A DNA stretch of 63,458 bases, counting the filler, from Lenisia limosa (Eukaryota > Protista > Breviatea): NCBI GenBank assembly GCA_001655205.1. It is 12 parts of 12 records of this genome, joined end to end, with 100 filler letters (N's around TTAATTAATTAA, not from the genome) between each part and the next. Parts side by side here need not be neighbours in the genome. Positions count along the whole stretch, not along the records: positions 48,674 to 51,869 come from LPNZ01000797.1; positions 51,970 to 54,588 come from LPNZ01001370.1; positions 54,689 to 59,706 come from LPNZ01005870.1; positions 59,807 to 62,319 come from LPNZ01004566.1; 8 more parts are not named here. One strand, 5' to 3'. The translations under genes and the position numbers were made by a program. The notes beneath the pieces were generated by a model that searched no databases, was not told where the DNA came from, and saw only the letters and a list, made by a program, of their open reading frames with translations. This document shows, piece by piece, positions 49,681-59,929 of this stretch (position 1 is its first letter; every line of letters starts with the position of its first letter).

Positions 49681-52051
49681 ATTTATACAAAGCATAGTAG
49701 AGAGGATCCATAGTAACGCTTTTAGTTAAAATTTTTACAGTTTTTTCGTTTATGGGAACACGGAGGGTATATAGGTTGATCTTTTCTCTCCTTTTTTGTC
49801 AGAATTTTGGAGTTTTGTGCCTGAATATTTCATTAAAATATCATAATACAACAAAAGAAATAGTAGAAAGAATGCTTGTGCATCTGGCTGTTACTCTTAT
49901 TGGCATGTAAGTCACCTGTGCCTCTCTCCTCCCCCTAGAACGAATATATATACATATATTGATCCTGTAATATGATAAGCGTGGGTTATAATATGCAATA
50001 CGTGCGGAGTATTACTCATTTCCGCCTCACCTACCAGAGCCTTGACCGTGTCTTCCGCTCCATTGGTAGTTAATACGCAAGGCAATCTTGGATTCAAGGT
50101 AAACTCGTGCTCTGACCCCCTCCCCCCTCCTATTTCTTGTGATCCCCCACCCTCTTATCGCATGCACTCTTCCCACCTGATTAGAAATGGATTATTGGCC
50201 ACATTTTCTCATTTTTGCAGCATTTTTGTGATTGTTTATAATCATTTTTTTGCTTTTCGAGTGGTTTCCATATTGTTTTCCGCGAGCTTAAGCTTTGTGA
50301 GGGGGTGGAAGTAATTTGGAATATCCAAAGAAAGGTAGGAGGAGAGTGTTAATTGGGGACAGGGGAAGGTTTTAGGAAAAACTTCACTTACGGTTCCAAA
50401 AGATCAGAAAATTATCGATATTTTTTGAGGATTTATCGAGAATTCAGGCCTTTTGGAACCAAAAGTGAAGCGATAGGAAGAAGTTGGGCTTCCTTTCGGT
50501 CTCAAAAAGACTGAATCGATATTTTGCCGGTCTTTTTCGGAGCAATCGCTCTATTTTTACTTCCTTTTTTTTTTTAGTGAAAAATCAGTCTCATCCTCAA
50601 GAAATTAACAACATTTTACTAAAATGACACAAGTATCAAAATGTTTGAGGGATATTTCAGAGAGAGAAAGAGTTAATGGAGATTATTGAGGCTTGTAATC
50701 CTGACGCGTGAACAATGATGTGCGTGAAAAATGACATTAAAAAACTGCTTGCTACTGATGGTGGTTACATTTGGGCTCTCGCTGAAATGGTCACACACAA
50801 AAAAAAAAAAAGAAAGGGGAAAGCGCAGTATTTGCTCTGCCCGCGCAGTTTTCGAAGAAATAAGATCTCCTGAGTTAGCATTGCACTTGGCGTAGCCTGT
50901 GGGACATTCGTTCATGTGTAGTTTCGCTTTTTGAAACACTCCATTTGGCACATTCCGAAGATGGTAGATCTGTTGCTCGGTCTTGGCAGCTCTCATAAAA
51001 CGAATTCATATTGGGAGCGCCCTGAAGAAGTTAGATACATCAGCCATTGGGGGGCAGAGAAGGAGATGAGCATTTTCTTCAAAAATCTGACCGATAAAAT
51101 TCTGCTAAAATATAAAAGAAAACAGATTAATGTGAATGCAAGAACGTATTTTAGTAAGTTCGGCTGAATGCTTTGAAGAGCGACGTCGGTGATCTCCAGA
51201 TGATTCTCCAGGTACCTGCTGAGGTCCGAAGAAATGCTTGAGAAGGTTGTGCACTGTTGAGCGTATCTTTTCAGATATTGCCGCAAGGGGGGTTTCCGTC
51301 AGGTCAGCTCTCGGGAGCGTCAAGAAGACGGCGGCTGATTGGAGAACGGGAAGGGGAAGGATGCTAAGGTGCCAATTGGTTCTGGGCACAGAATCGGGCG
51401 AGAAATTTGGTGTCATCCATGGGGCCAGGGAACGGCAATTTTCCGGCCGGCCGAACAGTTCCCAGGTCCTTCGTCTCTTCTTTTTTATTCGAGGAGGTTG
51501 ATAAAATTTTGGTTACACCAGGGATAAAATTCTTATTTTTAGTCCAGAAATAAAAAGCAATCGCACCCTATACCATTTTTCTGATCTACGCACATTCCTT
51601 CATTCTAATTTTCAGCAGGCTCACCCAGTTGCCCTCTCACCGTTCTCCTTTTTAATTTCAACATTCGCTCATTATCTCTTATTTTTTTATAACTTTTTTT
51701 TTTTCTTTTTTTGAATAACAAAACATCTTTTCCACATTATGAGTTTAAATATTAGTCAGTTGAACCAGATTTTCAAAATACATTATACAGTCAATCATAT
51801 ATGTGACTTATCTTGAGTTAATCATGTCATTCACCGGTCCAATATTTCTTATAAGCGTGATGGTGTGGANNNNNNNNNNNNNNNNNNNNNNNNNNNNNNN
51901 NNNNNNNNNNNNNTTAATTAATTAANNNNNNNNNNNNNNNNNNNNNNNNNNNNNNNNNNNNNNNNNNNNTTTGGGGGGGGGGGTTACAATATATGAAAAG
52001 AGCGCCCAAATCAAATCTGTTGGCTGACAACACAAGAATTAATCTGCATAC

Positions 52052-54125
52052 CTGGGGGACACAGGGTGCAGTTTCCGTCAATCATGACCAAAGGAGGGGA
52101 GCACGAGCTAGAGGGTTATTGTTCAGAACTACACAGACAATTATTGAATTTCACAATACACTCGAAAGAAAACTGTATTTCTCGATAAATACTCGAAATC
52201 TGATATTTGACCAGTATTTTCCGACCGAAGTGTGATATGACTAGGACTTTTTCACAGTCTGAAAAAGAACGGTAAACTATTGATTTTTATCGAGGATTTA
52301 TCGATGAAATCTCTCTTTGTTGGGACAGTAGGGAAGCCTTCCATATGAAGCGATCCCGACCACGATTGACTATATTAGATGTGTCTTTTTCTTCTTCTTA
52401 ATATTTTGTCACTACATTTAGTTTCATTTCTAGATAGCCTCAAATATACACTAACCGCAATAAGTCCTGACACGATTGACTGAAGAAAAAGCTCAATATC
52501 CATGTCAGGGCTTGTCGTGGTCACTGTAGAGTACAGTACAGTACAAGAATGTTGACCCATATAAGTGTGATATGATCATATGACCGACATTCGAGAAAAA
52601 AACATCATCTTCAATTCCCTGTTACCAATCCCAATGAAGCAAATGACGTTATCCCCATTTCCCTGCTACCAATCAAGTGCTGAAGTGGCCAGAACGCCCT
52701 CGAGCACAAGAGTTCCATTAGGACATCGTACACAGTCCGTTTGATCTTCATTTCTGTAATTGTAAATATCTGTAAAATTGGACAATTTATGAAATATAAA
52801 AAAAAGCCCAAATCAATCTGTTGGCTGAATTACTTTTAGTTCCCTAAGTTTCTAATATAATATTTTTCTGTAAAAAAAAGTCCTGATACAGAAATCGAAC
52901 CCTATAGTTATCCCATTAATCCCACCACCCACGGGTAGCCCTCTTCACAAGGCCGACAGTCCTCAGTGGAATTCGCCCCAATTGCGCGATAGTAGCCGTC
53001 CTCGCATTTCGAGCAGATTTTATTGGTCATTTCAGATCCAGCTGGACAGTTGCATTTGTCATACGCCACGTTATACCTCTGGTCTAAGGCCTAGAGGGGG
53101 CGGGGGGTAAAATCGGACAATTTAAGAAACAAAAAGAGCCCAAATCAACTCTGTTAGCTGAAAACACATGAGGGTTGATAACAACAAAACAAGCAAAGCC
53201 CATGCCAGTCGTTTTTGCAAACAGTACACGTGTCTGAATTGACAAAATATAACAATCATATAGAGAATATCGTTGAACAAAATATAAGACTCAAGAATAT
53301 GACTATTCAAAATTAAAATGAAAATGCTGTGAAGAAACAAAAAAGTAAACAAGTACAGACAGCGACTACTCTAAGTAGGTCTTCCTTTCGGTCCGAAAAA
53401 GATCGTCAAAAAATCGATATTTATCGAGAAATTTTGTAATTTAGTCTTAAGTGCGGCAGTAGCATGGTAATTTGTCTTATTTTATCAATACATAGATATG
53501 TGTGTGATATACTGCATACAATATATAATATAGTATTATATATATCATATATATACATATATGTATATATAATGAAAAACTACACAATTGAACACTATAT
53601 GATTATTATCACATGATATACAATATGTTACAAATATATAAATCCCCCCTTACAGTGCTCTCTGAAGGACACCGCTCCAACTCTTGCAATCCAGAAGTAG
53701 TGTTGAACCTCAGCACAGGTAGAACGGTATAACTGCGACAATTGTACGGCATCAGAAAATGCCGATGCTGGAACGAGGTAAGTTACGGTTGAGATTGTAC
53801 AAGTAGGGCTTCACTTCGGGATATTTCCCCGAAACGAAGTGAAGCCTTAATGCGAAGGCGCTCGTATTTCAATGTGTGAAAAGAAATAGGGTTGTGTTTG
53901 TTGTTGCAAATAGTAAATGTAAGCCGTCTGTAAGAGATATATTATAAAATATAACGTTAATTCTGATACTTAAAAACATCCACTACAATATTATATCTAC
54001 CAACCAAATCATATAGTGTATTTTATGATGGTATATCGATATATAGTACATTTACACTCCCAAACCATATCATCTGGACAGTCTACACAGTTGCCATCAT
54101 TGTCAAACTCCATGTTATATGGACA
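52052..54125 (-). CDS. Cys-rich repeat (GCC2/GCC3-like) protein fragment
   Basis: CPYNMEFDNDGNCVDCPDD, CNCPAGSEMTNKICSKCEDGYYRAIGANSTEDCRPCEEGY, DCVRCPNGTLVLEGVLATSALDC|SCSPPLVMIDGNCTLCPPG joined in frame. Confidence 0.65.
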
Positions 54126-54324
54126 AACACTGAGCGAGTTAGTATTTATTAGATATTAGGACAAATACTGGGCATTACAAACACTGGTGATGTTAGTCAT
54201 ACAATATCATTGTTTGCAAACAAGAATATAACACACATTCTGCACAGAGAATAATAGAAAGGAACAAGGAAATAGCTTGTACAACAAAACTGTACGGATT
54301 CGTAATGTAAGAATGCCACTAAAT

Positions 54325-54566
54325 GGCTTGTCTAAAAATGAGGTTCTTTAAAAAGTAGTCAGTAGTTGTAAAAAATAGCAAAGACGTCCCGCAATATCTT
54401 GATTCACCCCCACCCCCCAGTGGCTGAAAGGGCTCATCTAAAAAGGGGGTGGCAGCGTCTGTAGTTAAAAAAATATAAGTGGTATTTTTATGAACAAAAT
54501 TAATAAATAAATGTTTAATTTACATGTAATTACAGTCGTTTTTTTAAGAGCATTTTTAGACAAGCC
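54325..54566. mobile_element. MITE with perfect 16-bp TIR GGCTTGTCTAAAAATG
   Basis: 54325-54340 is the exact reverse complement of 54551-54566. Confidence 0.7.
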
Positions 54567-54779
54567 CAGAAAAAGATTATTCAGCTAANNNNNNNNNNNN
54601 NNNNNNNNNNNNNNNNNNNNNNNNNNNNNNNNTTAATTAATTAANNNNNNNNNNNNNNNNNNNNNNNNNNNNNNNNNNNNNNNNNNNNGAGTAAAATTGA
54701 AACATTATGAAACATAAAAGCCCAAAATCAACTCTGTTGGCTGACAACACATAAAGGGCAATTAGTGTGACAGTGGATT

Positions 54780-57700
54780 AGTCAACATCGTCCCAATCAC
54801 CTTGTTTTGGAGCTTCGGGCATGGGGGGAGCCCCGGGTAGTTTGGAGGGGCGAATGCCTATTTCGGCCTAAAATAGTCATCATGGGGTTTGAAGCACAGT
54901 ACCTGATCAGTTATTTATGATGTACTTTCTTCAGGAAGTACAATCTAGAAAATCAAGAGGCTTGTCACCACCTCAGGACACTTTGATCCAGATTTCACTC
55001 TGTCTCAAAAATTAGTTCACTCTTTACTGCTCTCCTTCTTTTCCTACCTTAANNNNNNNNNNNNNNNNNNNNNNNNNNNNNNNNNNNNNNNNNNNNNNNN
55101 NNNNNNNNNNNNNNNNNNNNNNNNNNNNNNNNNNNNNNNNNNNNNNNNNNNNNNNNNNNNNNNNNNNNNNNNNNNNNNNNNNNNNNNNNNNNNNNNNNNN
55201 NNNNNNNNNNNNNNNNNNNNNNNNNNNNNNNNNNNNNNNNNNNNNNNNNNNNNNNNNNNNNNNNNNNNNNNNNNNNNNNNNNNNNNNNNNNNNNNNNNNN
55301 NNNNNNNNNNNNNNNNNNNNNNNNNNNNNNNNNNNNNNNNNNNNNNAAAAACAAATCCCAGACCAGTCGCTTCTTCAGCAACGCATCCAGTTATAGGAGG
55401 GAGGCAGGGTTATTGACAAGGTATGTGTGGTGTGTAGGGAGGTGCGACTTTGGAAGAGCGAGAGAGAGAGTTTGTGAGTGTTTTTACAAGGGGTTAAAGG
55501 GGTAACATTTGTTGGGTGGGTCTAAGGTCGGTTAGGTCTCAAGAAGGTCCTTATACCCTTCCCTAATAGTCTTCACCCACCTTTTAGAAAATAACATATT
55601 CCCCACCTACCTTATACTGTTCACTCCTGCCCTTGAGCAGTTTCACCATTTTGGCAATTTCCGCGTCCGTAAGGGGGGGCTTTTCTTCCTCTTCGAGGCC
55701 GCCTGTGGGAGGGGGGAGTAAAATTGGAAATTTATGAAACAAAAAAAGACCCAAAACACTCTATTACACACGATGATTGAAAACAACAAAAAAACAAAGT
55801 CGAGGGATAAAAACGGTGGAGGAAGGAAATACAGAATAACCCCCCCACTAATCAAGGGAGCTTCTTGAGCCGCGACAGGGGTTTGTTCGACAACCGGGGA
55901 GGGAACTGGCGAAGGTACTGGGGAGGGAGTTGCGGCGGCGGCAGCAGCCTGGTTTTGATTAGTTATGATGTGTTTTTGATTAGTTATGATGAAGTTTGAT
56001 TAGTTACGATGTGGTTTTGATTAGTTATGATGAGGTTTAGTTATGATGAGAAATAGTTTTGATGAGTTCAGCTTATAAGAGATATATAATTACATAAGCG
56101 ATATGATATGTATAATATAGTTATATCATATACTATTATATAATCGGTATACTATATCATATTTAAAATTATGCCATATCATATGATATTTAATGTGTAG
56201 CAAAATTAGAAAAGTAAAAAGTAATCGCCTGTAATACAAATCATAAAACAAAGGTCCAACATCAGATCAGACTGAAGAAGAAAAAAGAATACCTGGGGGG
56301 GCTGAGCCACGAGAATCAGAGCAAATGCCTCGCCAGCATCCTGAGACTATTAGAAAAGCGGGTGGGAATTGTGACGGTATTTGCTTTGGAAACTTCGGGG
56401 ATCTGACAGATCAATTTAAATTAATTTGACCTTCAAAACAACTGTATAGCCTCACTAAGTGAAACATTAATCATCTGTCAGATGGGTAAAAATGTGAGTC
56501 TTGTCTACCCCTTACTCCAAATATATATATAAGATTGCTACTTCCTTGTGATCTTGCACCCACAAAACATTGGATATTATATCATCTACAAATACCAAGC
56601 CATACCACAGCGCTCTGCACGGATTGCGCGTTTTTGAGCGTCCGCGCGAAACCACCATTGTCACCTGCTTTCTTCAATCCTGGAGGGTCAGGTTGAACAT
56701 GGATAAGAACAAATACAGTGACCGCAAAAGGCCCTATTAGTACCATGGGTAGTGTAAATACCGCTAGATCTTTATAACCATCTCCCTCCACCCCCTCTGA
56801 GATTATAACATAAAGAGACAAAAAGACCTTGCTTTGGGTTTATTTCCCACCCCACCAAAAGCCTCCTTCTTCAGTTCAAGAACTTTGTCTCCACTCGCTT
56901 CAACCTTGATCTGTGCCATGCCCTCTGAATTATCAGCACGTTTTGCAGGGAAAAACATCTGATAAATACACAGGTCCCCAAACAGGCTACTGTGTGAATT
57001 CGGTCCAAAAAAGACTAAAAAATAGCGATAAAAAATTCATCAAGAGAAATTTGGTCTAGTTTTGGACCAAAGTAAAGATTCCATAGTGTAGTATATATGA
57101 TATGCCTAGAATGCAAACCGTTTGTGGGGGCCTGGGGTTTCGGCTGGGGTACAACTTCGGCCTGAAATTTGGTCATGGAAGAAAACATTAGCATTGGTAT
57201 CATCATATTATTATCACAGACTTCAGAATTACCCACACAAATAGTGCCAGAATAAGAATATTTATTATATATGTACATATTATATCGAGATGTATATTTC
57301 AGCGGAAAGCACATAAAATATCTGTTTTCAAATCAGCTGTTTAAGCATGTCTGCAAACCAGATTTATTAAGTAGTCTTAACAGAGCTCCATTATCCAAGA
57401 ATTTGTTCAAAAATAAAAAATAAAAATCTTGTCATAGTCATAACCCCTCACGTCATCAACATCGCTTCCGTCCTCGTCAGAGTCCGACATGTCTCCTAAA
57501 AGGGCCTGGGCAGCCGCCATCGCCGCCGCAGCTACAGCAGGTTACCAATAAAAACAAAAAAAGGAACTGCCAAATAAGGAAACTTCCAAATAAGGAGGGA
57601 GAGAGGGAGGGAAATAAATATATCAATAAAACAGTAATATGGTAAAAAAAGAAAGCAGTAATGAGTATTTAGTGGATGCTATTATACAGCTGAGTCCATA

Positions 57701-59560
57701 ACAACTAGTTTTATTTCTCTTCATATAAATTGAGTCATTAACATACAGTGACCGGGATAAGTCTTTATCAATTGTCCTTGGGAAATCAAATAGCGTTTCG
57801 GTCAAGACTACCCGGTCACTGTACACGTACAAGTCTTACCCCCCCCCCCCCAGGTACCTTGGGGACNNNNNNNNNNNNNNNNNNNNNNNNNNNNNNNNNN
57901 NNNNNNNNNNNNNNNNNNNNNNNNNNNNNNNNNNNNNNNNNNNNNNNNNNNNNNNNNNNNNNNNNNNNNNNNNNNNNNNNNNGCGGCGGGAGGGGGTGCG
58001 GAAGCTTGCTCATGGTCATCCTATTTAGTCATTTAATGAGCAAATCGAAACAATTTTGCGATTCATTTTCCGATTACTTGCCCCACAAGGAGCCTCTCCA
58101 TTTCTTTAGCTTTCTTGAATTTGGCCATAAATGCTTGTTCATCTCCAGCTTTCTTCAGTTCTGAGAAATTAGAAAAGGGAAAAGAAATATATATTTATGT
58201 TTTAAACGGACAAAAAGAATGTCGAAATGAGAATTTAAACAAGGTGTTTCACGCCTATCAAAAACACACCCCCCCCCACCAAAAGCCTCCTTTTTGAGCA
58301 TGAGAATCTGCTGGCGGGTGGGAAGGGATCCCTGGGGAGTTGCAGGTTTTGGCTGAAGGACGGCTTGAAGGTCGGCCTAGGGGGGAGGGAATTTATGAAA
58401 CAAAAAGCCCAAAATTCTGTTGGCTGACAACACACGAGGGTTGATAACAAGAATACAAACAAAGCCCAGNNNNNNNNNNNNNNNNNNNNNNNNNNNNNNN
58501 NNNNNNNNNNNNNNNNNNNNNNNNNNNNNNNNNNNGCGTGGCCAGCATTATCCCCTCACGTCATCAACATCGCTTCCGTCCTCATCTGAGTCCGACATGT
58601 CTCCTAAAAGGGCCTGGGCGGCCGCCATCGCCGCCGCAGCTACAGCAGGTTACCAAATAGAAAGTGCCAAAAAAGAAACTGTCGAATATGGCAATTGAAT
58701 TAACAGTGAGGAAGAAGAATCAAATCAGAAAACTGCCACACCTGGCAACGGAATACAAGTTTCGAGGAATAATAAGTGCGAACACTTCCCTCCCCCATTA
58801 AATCAATCAATTCCAAAGCATACCAGAAGCAGGCATTTTAGGGCTCTCCTGGGGCTCAGCTTTCGGCGGAGGGGGAGCGGAGGCTTGTTGGGTGGGCTAT
58901 TGGAAGTGAAAATGAAGTCTTTATCGAAAAAACCCCAAAATCAACTTTGTTGGCTATCAACACACAAAGGTTGAAAACAATAAAACAAACAAAGCCCAGA
59001 CCAGTCGCTTCTGCAGCACCGCCTTCCATCACTCCAGCGTTGGGAGTTCAAATGGAGTATTTATGAAACAAAAAAACAAGTTAGGTAAACATTTGTGAAT
59101 GAAAAGGTAAAAGGAGAAATGGAATTAACATCATAGGAAGAAATGAGAAATCAAAAGTAACCCAGACTTCGCACACATTATTTTGTTGAGACAGTGACTG
59201 GGATAAGTCTTGACCAATTTGCTCTGTGTTTTCACAAGGACAATCGGCCAAGACTTATCCCGGTCACTGTATCCCACTCACCCCTCCAAACCAGTTTTGC
59301 TTCCATGGCCTTGGCTTCCGCCAGTTTCCTCTTTGCTCCCTCTATGTCGCCTGCTTTCTTCAGCGCTGTGGGGAGGGGTGAAGAATAAGTCGCTTTTTAT
59401 GATAAATATCCTTTCTTTTATTTTATTTTATTTATTATTTTTAAAATCCTTTTCTACTGAAATCTCAGTCTTACTTGATTGCATTCCCATCCCCGTACCT
59501 AAGGCAGCTTTTTTGGTGTTGAGGATGTCATTCTTTTGCTCTGAAGAAATCAACAATCTT
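54780..59560 (-). CDS. Pro-rich protein with three DM14-like repeats (CC2D1/Lgd-type), partial
   Basis: KKAAL|ALKKAGDIEGAKRKLAEAKAME, LKKEAF|ELKKAGDEQAFMAKFKKAKEME, LKKEAF|GLKKAGDNGGFARTLKNAQSV separated by Pro/Ala-rich and acidic linkers. Confidence 0.6.
57444..58656 (-). repeat. Near-identical duplicated exon (57444-57548 vs 58552-58656) in the DM14-repeat gene
   Basis: About 105 bp with about 3 mismatches by eye, encoding PAVAAAAMAAAQALLGDMSDSDEDGSDVDD. Confidence 0.9.
57746..57821. mobile_element. MITE family 2 (CAGTGACCGGGATAAG TIR, TA-flanked, ~77 bp), Tc1/mariner-like; representative copy
   Basis: TA|CAGTGACCGGG...CCCGGTCACTG|TA; other copies near 20550, 37968, 39819, 46000, 46486, 48418, 59192. 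Confidence 0.85.
58897..59022 (-). repeat. Dispersed intronic repeat family A (3'-splice-site cassette); representative copy
   Basis: Consensus GCAGAAGCGACTGGTCTGGGCTTTGTTTG...CCCTCGTGTGTTGTCAGCCAACAGAGTTGATTTTGGGCTTTTTTGTTTCATAAATTTTCCAATTTA(C)nAG; about 14 full or partial copies between 36.7 and 59.1 kb. Confidence 0.85.
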
Positions 59561-59929
59561 TGACAAAGTGATGATGGTGGTGGTGATAATGATGTTGTTA
59601 TTGTTATTGTTGATGATAATGATGGTGGTGGTGGTGGTGGTATAAAACATTTATGTTTATTTTTTTAATTTAATGGAAAATAGACAGACAAAACCCTGAA
59701 ATAACANNNNNNNNNNNNNNNNNNNNNNNNNNNNNNNNNNNNNNNNNNNNTTAATTAATTAANNNNNNNNNNNNNNNNNNNNNNNNNNNNNNNNNNNNNN
59801 NNNNNNGGGGGGGGGGGGGATTGAATTTCTTACTTTTACATATATACCAATTAACTATCCTGGGGGTGGACCAATTACTTACTATTATAAGAAGAAAGCC
59901 TTCCGTGTATATATACAGAATTTTTGACC

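Noticed and set aside
52440-52530. Transmembrane exon (IELFLQSIVSGLIAV) in the Cys-rich gene
   Set aside because: Joining in the required phase gives an immediate stop, whereas skipping to the 52052-52107 exon continues the Cys repeat in frame.
59002-59022. Conserved microexon or peptide (AVLQKRL / GAAEAT) shared by several genes
   Set aside because: In ESF2 the flanking exons join in frame (AK|KEADQ) without it and one copy lacks AG/GT, so it is the 5' part of intronic repeat family A.
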